Assembly (NCBI RefSeq): GCF_000485595.1
Contig: NW_014577069.1
Location: 65,699-129,698 of the forward strand
DNA length: 64,000 bases
Direction of reading: 5' to 3'
DNA from: Priapulus caudatus
Lineage: Eukaryota
Part shown: in pieces, positions 42,201-53,869 of the stretch
Position numbering within the stretch: position 1 is the stretch's first letter
How the letters are laid out: each line of letters begins with the position of its first letter
The notes under the pieces: generated by a model
What the model was told of the DNA's origin: nothing
Databases searched by the model: none
The model's input: only the letters and a program-made list of their open reading frames with translations
Made by a program: the position numbers and the translations under genes

Positions 42201-45200
42201 AGCCGCCCACAAAACCAATGCAAAAAATGCTTGCTTTCTTCATGATGCGTTTAGGAGCATACAGAAAATCATAGCCTAAAATAGCACTAGCCACGAGCAA
42301 TGCAATAAACGTGTTTAGAGGTTTTTGCATGAGGCCAGCTGTTCGTAGCAAATATTTACCAGCAAACTTATGCACTGTGAATCAAATTCACGTTTATATT
42401 CTCAAAGCCACTTGTAGAAATCAAGCCTATAGCATCGATACTATGGCAAATCTTCACTAAATATTTTCATCAAGTTATTGTTCTTTTTTTCTCTGAATTT
42501 TTTCATAAGCATTGTTAAAGCTCTTTGGCTGTTAAGATTGAGAGAGGACAAGACCTGCAAATACTTCACTCAGATCCTTAGTGAGTAAACAACAACTGGG
42601 TTCATGCAGCCAGACTATGCCCAGGGTTCGACACTAACCCACGTCCGACCGACCTAGTCGGGTAAATGCTTGGTCCGGTCGCATACAACCAGAGTGCTAG
42701 TAGGCAAACATTTTGCTCAAAAACATTATCGTAGCAATGTTCCATGAAATGTTCGGCAATGTGCGGTGAAAAAAGTCGCCGAACATTTGTTCCGAACAAT
42801 GTTTCTGAAGATCGGAAATGTTTGATATCTCGAACATTGTTCGTCGAATGTTCGTCAAAGTGCGTTGAATGTCGAACAATTCTAGGAACATTTGTAAAGT
42901 AGTAACCAATAGCAGCACGATATGTGGTCACATGATTTTTGTGTACAATATGGCGTCTGCTATATCGCTGCCAGAAGTGTGGACTTTTGAAAAGGAAGAG
43001 ATTATGGTCGAAATGTGGGGGCAGCAGCCCTGTCTAAAATTAGTAAAGTTGTTAAAATTCTCTTGTGCAAACTGGGCATTGCCATTCACGCCGATCACGT
43101 GACTCTTTACAACACAGCTACTAGACGGCGCCACGAGGTTGTTCGCTAAAAAATGTTCGGCAATGTGCGCTCAGCAATTGTTCACCTGCACATTGCCAGA
43201 CAAAAACATTTGTTCGGACGAAAATTTGTTCGGAAAAATGTTCGGCAACGTGCGCCAGGCTTTAGAATTGGTCATATAGTACTCGCACATAGTTACATGA
43301 CATCATTTCACACCTTTCTGCCTTATAATTCACATTTGTAATTACAAAATGCACAATTTTCACAATGTCAGTGCAAGGCAAAACATCGAATCTTTATTAT
43401 GGTGTTCGTGCTTAAAACAATACCTGTCAGTGATCTGGGTCTAGCCCATTAACCCAGCGTGCACTGAAAGATCACCTCTGGCTAGACTGGAGCGTGTACA
43501 TTGTCTAGCAGAGCGTGAGGCCGGACACCAGTCTACCCTTCGGCAAAAACTATATGGTGGCTTGCTGCCAGCCGCAGTAGACGATCGATAAACCCAGGCT
43601 TTCCAGCAGTCCTTGACAACATTTTAGGGCTAATTTTAGGGAGAAATTAAGGTTTTTTAGGGCTATTTTAGGCATTTTTAGGGATGAACCGAAACATTTT
43701 AGGGATAAATTAAGTCAATTACCTTTCATAAACATCAGCGTGTTAACGTACAGATACAGTTCTATGTGGTATGTGTCCAGTCTACCAGCTATTCCTATCC
43801 TCCAAGTCCTCGATACGACTGTACATCATCAAGTTTCATGCAAATTAGGCATGTCTTGTACATCCAGCCAATAACAGGGTCGTATAATCAGACACTGAAG
43901 CTTAGGAATCACTGGTAAACTGAGAGTCACAATACTTACTCAGTATAAAGATAACTAGAAAACATCCATTAGCAGGGTCTCCAACCCTATGAACTCCAAA
44001 TGCGGAATGTTCCCGCGGTGATCAGTAACTAGTGGCGTATTCAGAAATTGATGAGGGGCGAAATGTACCTTGGCTACCGTGAAATGTACCGCGTGCCGTA
44101 GGCATGCCAGTGCTAGGGGGGGTCTGGGGGCATGCCCCCCAGGAAAATTTTGAAATATTTAAGCCATTTTCCTGCAATCTGAGGCATAACTGTGGGCCAT
44201 ATTCTCATGTCTGATAACACTATCTCAACCCTACAACCCTTGTCTAATTAGCAGACAAACTACGCGACACCTTGCAGACAGCGCCTGTCTGACTAGGCTG
44301 TTCCATTTACCGTAGACATGCCAGATACAAAATGCCTGAAAAAAACAATGTGTCCAAGCGAACAATCAAATTTTTTACAGTGTAACTGAAATGATGAATA
44401 TAACCTTGCCGCTGCAGAATGCGGAAATTAAGCCTAGAAATTGTAATGATTCCGCAGAATGAGGAATGGTTCTGCATTAGACATAATTACAAACCAAAAG
44501 TTCATCATCTCATCACCAAAAACTCCAAACATATCTGTGAATTTTTTTTTTTAGGAATTTGAATAAAATTTTAGCCTTTTTTTAGGAATTGCATGCGTTT
44601 TTAAAGTTTTTTTAGGAATTTTAGGGCGAGCTCAAAATTTTTGGAATTTTTGGGCCGCTGGAAAGCCTGTAAACCGTGCGCCTGTGTATGCCTGTGGTAG
44701 AATACGAATGCTGCACGTGAACTCGGAAAATGACGCTCGCGCAAGCTGTGATCTGTATGGAGTGTAGAGCAGTAAACTATAGTGCAGCTTGCTAACCAGT
44801 ACTCATAAACGATGTCTTTATTTAAGGTTGGCTTTACGTCAGGTGATAGGGACGAATAAAGGGTTAATCGTTTATGTTTACTTGTTACTTGTTTTTAAAC
44901 TAAAGTATCAAAACCTCAATCTAAACTTTTCTATCGTGTAATAGTATTGCAGTTAAAAATACATACTTTATCATAATTATGTCACTATAACAGCATCTAT
45001 GAATACATACGATGACACACTCTTATCTAAATAAAGTTTTTCATAACAATGGTCTGGGTCTGGGCTAGTGAAAGTTAGGTCAAGGCTAGTGGTTTTCCTC
45101 AGTTACTAGCCCAATGGTCTAGTGAAATAAAAAGTTAATGTTGAACCCTGCTAGTATGCCTTAGCTAAACTCCAGACTAGTGAGTTTACTTATATGTATG

Positions 45201-48200
45201 CAACAGTGATACAACCAGGACCAATGGGTAGGTGGGTGGGGAGGTGGGTTCTAGATAATACAGTGCACTGGTCAGGGGGCTATATGGCCATCCACACAAT
45301 GCCTGCAGGAAATTCGGATGAACCTGATAAATTCTGAACATAAATCACCCCTTTTAAGTGACTGTGGGTAGATAATATATTTATGCAATGCGGTGCAATT
45401 GTACATACCAGTAATCTAGATCGCATACGATACCGTCATGCTGCTGCTGCTATTATTAAAGTATCAGACGAGTTTAACTGATGTATTATAGCCAAACATA
45501 TAATAGGGTCACAAGGCTAACCTCTGCTAACAGCATCCAGTGCTACGCCACAGCCAGTGGCGCCTCCACCGATCACCAATACATCGAACTCGGCCGTCTG
45601 TTCCAAGGACTTCAGCTGCGCAGCACGAGTCGGCAAGTCGACGGTAGGCCTCTGGTTCAACTCCGTCATTCCATCATTCACAGTCTTGGCCAGAACTACA
45701 GCTTGGTTCTGCAATGGTGAGTGTGTGACCTCTACACATTTTCCCCCAATGATCTATGCGATACGGATGCCGATGGCATGGCAGGTTTTATCATGGACAA
45801 GGTGGTTGTCCATTAGAGTACAGGGGCTGTCAGTTGCCATAACTGCTAACATATGACAAGTAGATGGTTACTTGTACTCTTTGTTCAAAGGCGATTTCTC
45901 ACTGTCCTGTTAGCGTATACAACAGATTTGCACGAAATTCACCCGATAACTTTGTAAATGAACTCTGCATAGTTTCTAAATTCAAATTTTTCTTTTATGC
46001 CCCTCCAACTTTCCATGGTCCCCAAAAACTTATGATTATGCCATAGGCAACACTTTCTGTGCCATAAAAAGGAAATATGTGTGATGAAGCCCCAAGCAAA
46101 AGCCAACCGAAAAAAATCCTCGAAGTAGCCAAACTACAATCTAAACTCAGAGCAATTTTCCCTGACTTGAACGGCAAGAAGAAAAATAGTGAAGCCTGCA
46201 CAGGCTTCGCCATCTGAGAAAACCACGGGACCTAAAAAAAGGCCCTGTCATTTACATGACGGGGCTGATTTTCTCTAGACGGGGCAGATATTTTAAAACT
46301 TGTGAATTATGTAATAAAAGTTTTGTTACATTCATATGTATTGTTACTATGCTTATTCCCTCCTATTTGGTTTATGAATTTATAACAACCGTTGTTCTTT
46401 CTCTTTTCGATTTTAGTTTTCGACTCTCGGAATCTCAAAATTCGACTGGGCCGAAAAAAGTCCTGTGGACACCAGAGACAGGGCTGTTTATGGGGCTTGG
46501 GCCGATCGCCCCATGAAAAGGTGAAGCCTGACTGCATCGCCAACACCACAGTAAGAAAGCAGAAACTCTACCTGTTTTCTTCAGCAGCATAATAACTGAA
46601 TAGCCAGCAGGAGAAGTACCTAAATTATGGCCAGGAACATTGATGATGAATTCGTCTACAAGAAAATAACTGATCAGGACATTATGAAAGTATTTTAAAG
46701 CCTAAACAGTAACAACTCCCAGGGGCCAGACAATATTCACCCGAGAATCCTGATGGAATTAGAGGCAGTTATAGTCACACCACTATTTTCAACCAGTCTC
46801 TGCAAACAGTGCGTGTGCCAAAGGGCTTTCGAGAGCAGAGTCAGTAGATTCTGGAAGGCCAATGACAGGAGGACGAGACTCGAGGGGATTACAGGGTCCA
46901 AGCCCAACAGGAAGCTACACCGCACAACACAGACGATGATGGAGCGATTAATCTGAATATAGAGGCCTGTGCTCACAGGCACTTGAAGCGTTTCAATAAA
47001 ATATAATGCTAACTAAATACGAAATCTATTTACTACTAAATTCTTAATGTTTCTATACTCTTTTTCACCTATTATTGCCAACAGTTTCCTGTCAATTCCG
47101 TCCAAATCCTACGTGCAACTATATACGCTGCCGGCGGCCATTGCTCTCGCGGCTTCAGTGTTGCACGCTTACACTTATATATATAGCAGGTAGGAAAGCG
47201 GGATCGCAAAATTCGCTCGACGCTCGCTGGATTTCACACTTTCACAGCACGAATACATATATCCAACAGCTGCCATCTTTGTTTCTATGTCAAGAACAGT
47301 GTTCACTTGTTATAAAAACATACTGTCTCTGTTCGTAACCGAGCTGTGTCACGGCGAAATCACACAAAGACTGACAAAATTCTCGCGTTCGCGAACCTTG
47401 CCCCGTAATGTAAATGGCTGTCAGAATCAGGAAACACCTACCGGCGCTCTTCGTGACCTCATTCTTGCGCCGAAATGCTGCAACGTTTTTGCAACGTTCC
47501 AATGGCGAGGCTCGTACGGGAGTTGGAAAGCAGTGCGCCGCCTGCGCGCCGCCTATAGTCCATAGACTGGCACTCGCTCCCACCTCTCGGCTTAACTTAG
47601 TCACTCGATGGGCAATCGAGGTGGGAGCGAATCCCAGTCTATATAGCCCTGATTCTGGCAGCCATTTATATTAAGGGGCAAGGTTCGCGAACGCGAGAAT
47701 TTTATCAGTCTTTGTGTGATTTCGCGTGACACAGCTCGGTTACGAACAGAGACAGTATGTTTTTATAACAAGTGAACACTGTTCTTGACATAGAAACAAA
47801 GATGGCAGCTGTTGGATGTGTATTCGTGCTGTGAAAGTGTGAAACCCAGCGAGCGTCGAGCGAATTTTGCGATCCCGCTTTCCTACCTGCTATATATATA
47901 AGTATAAGCGTGCAACAGTGGAGCCGCGAGAGCAATGGCGCCAGCAGCGTATATGGTTGCACGTAGGATTTGGACGGAATTGACAGGAAACTGTCGGCAA
48001 TAATAGGTGAAAGAGAGTATAGAAACATTAAGAATTTGGTAGTAAATAGATTTCGTATTTAGTTAGCATTATATTTTATTGAAACGCTTCAAGTACCTGT
48101 GCCTGTGCTCAGTATTAACTAAGTTAAACAAAGCTTTTGTTTAACCACCAACTCAGCGTAACCCAAAAGTAGATGCCATAAATGCCAATACGCACGTGAT

Positions 48201-50446
48201 CGCACGAGTACTGTATCAAATAAACGCATGTACTCTGCTAGTCCGAGATTCCTCTGACCAATGCCCACACCGACGATTTTGGTGGATTTGGTGTGGGTTA
48301 GAAAGATTCCTCTGACCAATGCCCACACCGACGATTTTGGTGGATTTGGTGTGGGTTAGGCCAGAGCAACTTGCCTATACAAAACGTGGAATTTCTCCGA
48401 TCCCGCCGAGGATCGCTGTTTTATCGCTCCAAACTCACAATTGGGGCTATCAATCAATATCTGTCGCACATATATCGAAAACTGGATAACTTATATGCTT
48501 GCTCGCGTTGGTAAGTACACTTGTAGTTGTACTCTTTTACCTTAGTCGTATTTCGATTTGAAAATTTGTTGCTAACAATTTCCCTCCGACATGCATCGGC
48601 CATCCATCGTGCATCCAACTGCATTGTGGGAAACAACAGAGTAGCGTATTTGGTAGCGTGGTAGTCTAAAGAAGGCTCTCAGCTTCCCGCTCCAGGTTCT
48701 CGGTTTAGCAGATGCCGTAGTGGCACCCGTTTTAAGGGTAGTGTCAGGTTGCGTTGATAGATAACAGAAACACAGTATTATGAAAACTACTCTTCGTGCT
48801 TTGTTTTACACCACAGAATATTCCTTACACGCACAATTCTACGATACTACATAGATGACTACATACACGCAGAATCGTAACCGAATATCCTATTGATATA
48901 ATCGAATGATAACCTCGTACCGTGAGACGTGGATCGCGAAGTAGCTCGGCAGGGGTGAAGGTGGAAGGTGGAAGGTAAAAGGGGAAGGTGGAAAGGAGGA
49001 GTATAGAAGGAATATGATCAGGAGCGCGGGCAAACCTGGACCGTTCTGCGGAAACGATGAGAGCCGAGTCGCTACCTGGGGACTAACCATCACAGATCGG
49101 CCCTCGAGTCATTAGTGTACTCGGATGCTAAGGGGCGAGGTGTATAGTGATTACCTGCGGCGTTCTATTATTATGTATCACTTGGAGCGATGAGGTGTGT
49201 TGTTTATGGTGATTGCTTATGTGGGGCGGCTAGTGTAAGGCGGTATGTTTAATCTCTGCGGGAGCGTGCGCTATCCTACAGTAGTTTCCCAAAATGCAGT
49301 TGGATGCACGATGGATGGCCGATGCATGTCGGAGGGAAATTGTTAGCAACAAATTTTCAAATCGAAATACGACTAAGGTAAAAGAGTACAACTACAAGTG
49401 TACTTACCAACGCGAGCAAGCATATAAGTTATCCAGTTTTCGATATATGTGCGTCAGATCTTGATTGATTAGCCCCAATTGCAAGTTTGGAGCGATGAAA
49501 CAGCGATCCTCAGCGGGATCGGAGAAATTCCACGTTTTGTATAGGCAAATTGCTCTGGCCTAACCCACACCAAATCCACCAAAATCGTCAGTGTGGGCAT
49601 TGGTCAGAGGAATCTCGCACTAGTACTCTGCTAGACCAAATAATTCTGTCCCATATAACCTTTTTTATATTTTGGTGAGAGTTATTAGGACAGAACGGGG
49701 TTCATTGAAATTTCGTGAGATCGCATGCAAAATGCATGCGCTGCTAATGCGGCCCGTACGCCGCTATTGGCGCGAAAAACAACCTACCGTTCCCTTGAAC
49801 TACATGGCTTTTCCTTGCTACTGATATGTGTATACATTCACTTCAATCGTTATTTACTTCTTAAAAGATTGTTTTTCAGAAACCCCGCTTCATTAACTTT
49901 AGTAAATTACGTTGGCCATTTACAAACAATCAGACCAATCAGAGCGAGTCTTACAATAGCCCCTGGTTCTCGCTTGTATCTGTGGCGCTGCAGTGCAGGA
50001 GGCCTGATAGACTCGCTCTGATTGGTCTGATTGTTTGTAAATGGCCAACGTAATTTACTAAAGTTAATGAATAGGGGTTTCTGAAAAACAATCTTTTAAG
50101 AAGTAAATAACGATTGAAGTGAATGTATACACATATCAGTAGCAAGGTAAAGCCATGCAGAAGGGAACGGTAGGTTTTTTTTCGCGCCAATAGCGGCGTA
50201 CGGGCCGCATTAGCAGCGCATGCATTTTGCATGCGATCTCACGAAATTTCAATGAACCCCGTTCTGTCCCAATAACTCTCACCAAAATATAAAAAAGGTT
50301 ATATGGGACAGAATTATTCGGTCTAGTACTCTGCATGCATGTGAACGGTTTACCTGGTATCTGCGGTTTGCATAAACTATGCATGCTCCCGATCCTCCTA
50401 GTATCAATCCTGCGCCAAACAATTTTCGTGTGTACCTGTACGCCAT
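28414..50446 (-). CDS. GPD2: Mitochondrial FAD-dependent glycerol-3-phosphate dehydrogenase with C-terminal EF-hands, 724 aa
   Basis: Phase-consistent exons 50446-50354 ([20 protein letters not shown]..), 45708-45522 ([18 protein letters not shown]), 41466-41342 ([17 protein letters not shown]), 40339-40242, 39288-39125, 37672-37511, 37057-36913, 36316-36123, 35390-35256, 34379-34198 (GGKWTTYR), 33692-33561, 32780-32622, 32232-32047, 31039-30941, 28527-28414 (..PVGRSGGGV*); total 2175 nt. Confidence 0.96.
28647..28890. mobile_element. Small MITE with duplicated left TIR and (CCCTAA/CCCTGA)n core in the last GPD2 intron
   Basis: CCGGGCGTAGAGGGAGGGTGCCGCTACGTGGCAGCACTA twice in tandem, inverse copy at about 28852-28890. 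Confidence 0.7.
29532..29609 (-). CDS. GPD2: Candidate alternative terminal exon of GPD2 ([25 protein letters not shown])
   Basis: U-rich acceptor ttttttgtattatttatag, phase 0, begins LM like the canonical last exon (LMSALK); minus-strand ATTAAA at 29173-29178 followed by U/GU-rich sequence. No transcript evidence available. Confidence 0.5.
   Translation of the reverse strand: MMTLWKEDSTKGPTRTGLPTKKKQF
33059..33292 (+). repeat. (CT)n-rich microsatellite
   Basis: Directly visible; source of ER/SL-repeat ORFs. Confidence 0.95.
35404..35470 (+). repeat. (CACAGT)n hexamer repeat adjoining a GPD2 acceptor
   Basis: About 11 units, 13 nt from the exon boundary at 35390. Confidence 0.95.
35876..36047 (+). 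mobile_element. 3' end of an RTE-clade LINE
   Basis: Reads [50 protein letters not shown], the typical RTE ORF C-terminus (GRP..W..A.DR..WR..V.ALC). Confidence 0.8.
37281..37538 (-). repeat. 32-bp minisatellite, 8 copies, built from the GPD2 exon end plus its donor site
   Basis: Unit (minus) GGCGCCCTCTGTAGGGATACGATCACAG|GTAC; first unit is coding (GALCRDTIT). Confidence 0.95.
39507..40105. mobile_element. Kolobok-like non-autonomous element, TTAA TSD
   Basis: TTAA|AGGGATCCTTTACTCTAGG ... CCTAGAGTCTAGTATCCCT|TTAA. Confidence 0.7.
40760..41092 (+). repeat. About 70-bp C-rich minisatellite, about 4 copies
   Basis: CCCCGGCTCTACCCCCCCCTGGCCCTACCCGGGGCTCTATACCTCTATAGACCGGACCTCTATACGCCTATCT repeated. 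Confidence 0.9.
42701..43263 (+). mobile_element. Harbinger-like non-autonomous element with MADF-like start (left end eroded)
   Basis: Repeated CGAACATT/AATGTTCG motifs, right end GTGCGCCAGGCTTTA, internal [29 protein letters not shown]. Confidence 0.6.
43595..44669. mobile_element. hAT-like element, perfect 6-bp TSD
   Basis: taaacc|CAGGCTTTCCAGC ... GCTGGAAAGCCTG|taaacc; TTTTAGG subterminal repeats. Confidence 0.85.
43973..44474 (-). mobile_element. Deleted sister copy of the 58738-59662 element, nested in 43595-44669, 6-bp TSD
   Basis: cattag|CAGGGTCTCCAACCCTATGAACTCC ... GAGGAATGGTTCTG|cattag; reverse complement of 58738-59662 without its coding part. Confidence 0.85.
46201..46530. mobile_element. 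hAT-like MITE, about 6-bp TSD
   Basis: cctgca|CAGGCTTCGCC ... GGTGAAGCCTG|actgca. Confidence 0.6.
46650..46830 (+). mobile_element. Degenerate CR1/L2-type LINE ORF2 fragment
   Basis: [53 protein letters not shown], the GPD.IHPR.L.EL..PL..IFN.SL..VP motif preceding the reverse transcriptase domain. Confidence 0.75.
46974..48101. mobile_element. Foldback element with about 430-bp TIRs and 8-bp TSD (P- or hAT-like), with an 85-bp hairpin MITE in its spacer (about 47561-47643)
   Basis: CCTGTGCT|CACAGGCACTTGAAGCG ... CGCTTCAAGTACCTGTG|CCTGTGCT. Confidence 0.9.
48239..49622. mobile_element. Long-TIR element, TAG...CTA ends, 9-bp TSD
   Basis: GTACTCTGC|TAGTCCGAGATTCCTCTGACC ... GGTCAGAGGAATCTCGCACTA|GTACTCTGC; about 340-bp arms, 57-bp tandem duplication in the left arm. 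Confidence 0.9.
48742..49280. mobile_element. Probable solo LTR (539 bp, 4-bp TSD, Gypsy-like)
   Basis: gtag|TGTCAGG ... CCTACA|gtag inside the spacer of the 48239-49622 element. Confidence 0.55.
49632..50325. mobile_element. Foldback element copy 2 (same family as 19083-19762), 9-bp TSD
   Basis: GTACTCTGC|TAGACCAAA ... TTCGGTCTA|GTACTCTGC. Confidence 0.9.
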
Positions 50447-51792
50447 GGTAGCTCAACAACTAAACTCTGCAAGTCAAAAGCGTAGTCGAGAGACATTTCA
50501 GATTTTGCTAAATTTTAGTTCAACTTCAGGCTCAGGTAAACATCATTTTCATGGCATGCCACGATTCACGAAATTTCCAGCTTACAATATGAAAACATAG
50601 ATATCATTCCTACGACGTATACGAAGTTTGTTTATGCTACTCGTCTAACTGTTTATAATCTAATTCATGCGCTAATGTATTTTATATTAACCTTCAAAGC
50701 CTGTCTGTGTTTATAAATAGAGACCGAAAAACCTGCCGACCATGATAACGCCTTGCTAGTTTCGAGGTTTCGACGACTGTGACAGTGTGACGTCACGAAC
50801 ATTGTGGTGTGCTTACATGTCAAATAAAATGACTTTAATAAAATTTAATAACAACACAAAAACACATTAAAAATTTGAGAAAAAATATGAAACGATATTA
50901 TAACGTATAATTATATATTAAATATGCAGATATATAACCCCTCGTGAAGTTTATTCCGTTTTTTAAATAATTTAGCTTTAATTTAGCGTTATCTTAAGCG
51001 GCCGGAGGCGAACATGTGTTTTCCTGTGATCGCAGTGTTGGAGCGTGGCGGAGTAATGTAGACTTAATTTTTATTTCACAGAATAGAGGTGGTCAAAGTA
51101 AGATTTCTTGTTAACTAAACACGTACTTGACTTGTATTTATTAGCAACTATACTAGTAGAAGTTATAACGTATTCATTTTCGCCATGCATCGCAAGCCAT
51201 CTTGCCTTGGGTCTCGCACTCGCACTCACTCAGACAGAGTCAGAGTCAGTTGTGAGTTGGCTCTAGATGCAATAATGTAACCCAAACACAGGATAGGGTT
51301 ACAACGCGTCCCTATCCTTTTGTGTGGAGAAACCCCTGAGTGAATCACTCAGGGCGGTTTGCCGGTGCGTTTTCAGAGACTAGAACTTCCAAACTGGGTT
51401 TATTCTCAACGCGAACCTTTCTCCGCTATCTTGAAACTAGCTCCAAGAAACGGTATTGCTAGGGTTAGAATACCGTTTCAAACCTTGGCTGCAGCTAAAC
51501 ACGTAGTTACCTTATTTGCCAAGTATCGCCAAAGAACACTACACATGTGATATACCAAATGAATCAGTGTACGTCCACCTTCTTGTAACCATCAGTGCGC
51601 TACGATGCGCTGGGTACTTACGGGGTTACAGCAACTTTTTGAGACGAATGCAACAAAATTTATGAATTCGCCACCATGTTTGCTATCATTCCGACTGTGA
51701 CTAAAATCCGCAATGGATCGAACCAGCGAAATTAAACGATCTGCGGTCCTCATGTAAACCACCCCAACATCCGAGAACATATGTCATCTAAG

Positions 51793-52110
51793 GTTTTTAG
51801 CTCACCTTGACATCGTCAAGCTGAGCTATTGCCATGGGTCGTCGTCCGTCGTACGTCCGTTCGTCCGTCCGTCAACATTTCGCTACGGTCAACGATAACT
51901 CAGGAACCGTTTGACCCACATGTTTGAAATTGGGTATAGTTGTTGCTGCTATGCTCCCATATTAAACGTCCTATTTTGGAGCACACCAGTCGACGTACTT
52001 TCGAGCCACGGCGATTTTTTGGCAAAAATGGGAATTGCCATTAGTCAGTTCAGGTTCAACGGATTTTGCTCATTTTTGGTATGTGAATGAATAAGGGCTA
52101 GGGGTTTTGA
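51793..52110 (+). mobile_element. 5' part of another Helentron/DINE-like element
   Basis: TTTTTAGCTCACCTTGAC..GTCAAGCTGAGCTA stem followed by (GTCC)n; right end not located. Confidence 0.6.
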
Positions 52111-52548
52111 TATTTAAAAAAAAATTATGCAAATTAGATAGGGTTTGGCAATTATATAGCATATTATATAGACACAAACAGTGTGGTGTCACACTCGTCT
52201 GGTTCGTTTTACAAGATTTCATTGACAATATCTTTAATGCAAAATTGGTATTTCCTCTCCACCCTGCCGATAAAATGTCTATATTAGAGTAAAGTTTTAC
52301 AAAACATGTCGGAACACAGCATAACCTATTAAAAGCCAATTACTTAGTGGTTTAATTTGTTTATTAATACTAATCTGTTTCCTCAATTTTGATCTAGTAT
52401 TACGTATAGGCCTTACTTGGCTAAACTTACAAAACTTACTTACTTAAACTTACAAACCTAACTTGTCTACCCGTATATCCCTTTACGACCAGTTATGATG
52501 AGAAACGACAGTATATCTGTGTAGAGTAGCTATAAGCTGTAGTTTTTA

Positions 52549-52852
52549 GGCAGTGGCTGGAGGTACGGCAGCCGTATCTCTAATTTACGAGGCTGGAGGT
52601 ACGGCAGTCCATTCGCTTTCATACTTAACGAGACAAAGATGGCGGCGGATGGCGGCAGATTTCGAAATAACGCTTTGGGAAATAAATTCATGATTTGAGA
52701 GTTTTGATGAGCTGGAAACACTCGGATTAGGTATGAAAATGAACATTATTGTAAACTTTACATCAGAAGATCGCAAATAATTGCCTCAGCCCTCAAACAA
52801 ACGCCAAAAAGGGGCTTCAACGAACGACGGCTGCCGTACCTCCAGCCACTCC
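52549..52852. mobile_element. Mutator-like MITE with 10-bp TSD
   Basis: GTAGTTTTTA|GGCAGTGGCTGGAGGTACGGCAGCCGT ... ACGGCTGCCGTACCTCCAGCCACTCC|GTAGTTTTTA; same GGCAGTGG terminus as 1561-1922. Confidence 0.8.
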
Positions 52853-52871
52853 GTAGTTTTTAACACAGTCA

Positions 52872-53113
52872 CAGGGTTAGAAATTATGTGAGCAGCAGGT
52901 TTTGCTGCCTACAACTTAAAAGAGTAAGTTTCCTAGCTGCCTGCTGTTAATGTGAGTAATAATTACTTGCTGCCGAAAAATTCCTAATAAACCAAATTAT
53001 TCCTTGTGGACAAAGGCAATAGCAAATAGGATAGTACTGTCAGTATGGTCTTTCTTATATTTCTGTGGCAGCAAATACTTGCTGCCTAGCAAAATCATTT
53101 GTATCTAACCCTG
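52872..53113. mobile_element. hAT-like MITE, about 6-bp TSD
   Basis: cagtca|CAGGGTTAGAAA ... TATCTAACCCTG|caatca. Confidence 0.65.
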
Positions 53114-53869
53114 CAATCAAAAGGCTGGCAAGATAAATGTCATGAAATTAAGCTGGTCATGTAATTTGGCCAGGTTGGACCATTTATTGAATAACAACAA
53201 ACCAAAACATCAAATGCACTGCTATGTCTGAGTTAAATAATGGTGGTGCTAGTGAGCGGGCACCAGTTAGCCTACCATACTGCAAAAAATTTATTGCATG
53301 CAGTTTCCAACCACTATTGTTGGCCGTATATCCCTGCAACAGAAGCAAAGGCTACACGGTTAAAGCTAAGTATAACCAACCTCCCTTGTGAATCAGTTAA
53401 GGGAAATGCTCCACAGCGAATATGTGGTAACTTGGGTAAGTGGGAATAGGCATGTAAACACTTTCAAATTATTGTAATATTGTACCAAAATATAATATAC
53501 CACTATTACATTCATAGGTATAACCCTTTACAAAACTTTAGAATTGAGGGGAAAATAAAACTAAAGTCGGATAGATTTTACATAGTAAAACAAATTTTAC
53601 GAATTGCACCTGCGAGTAACTCGTATGTATACCCTGTTTATAAAAGTTCAAGAAGCTTTATAATATATATATAATATTACTACACAGTAGCACAGTTGCT
53701 TGAAAACTTGCGACAGTACTTCTAAGGTAAATAAATTTGCAACGTAAGTTATGCAATTTTAATCTAGCTCTGCCTAGTCATCGAACTTATACCCACTAAG
53801 TATGTGAAATATGTATGTAGCCAGTCAATAGTTTGATGTATTGCTACTAGCAGTAACAGCTTAAATGTA

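Larger units (their letters stand above)
42622..45150. mobile_element. Probable outer hAT-like element hosting nested insertions
   Basis: CAGGGTTCGACACTAAC ... GTTAATGTTGAACCCTG (same TIR type as 16316-18660); no clean TSD, so the two ends may not belong together. Confidence 0.5.

Noticed and set aside
46572..46952. Two apparent minus-strand cassette exons in GPD2 intron (46741-46952, 46572-46655)
   Set aside because: Phases do not fit and in-frame stops occur; region is explained by a plus-strand LINE remnant.
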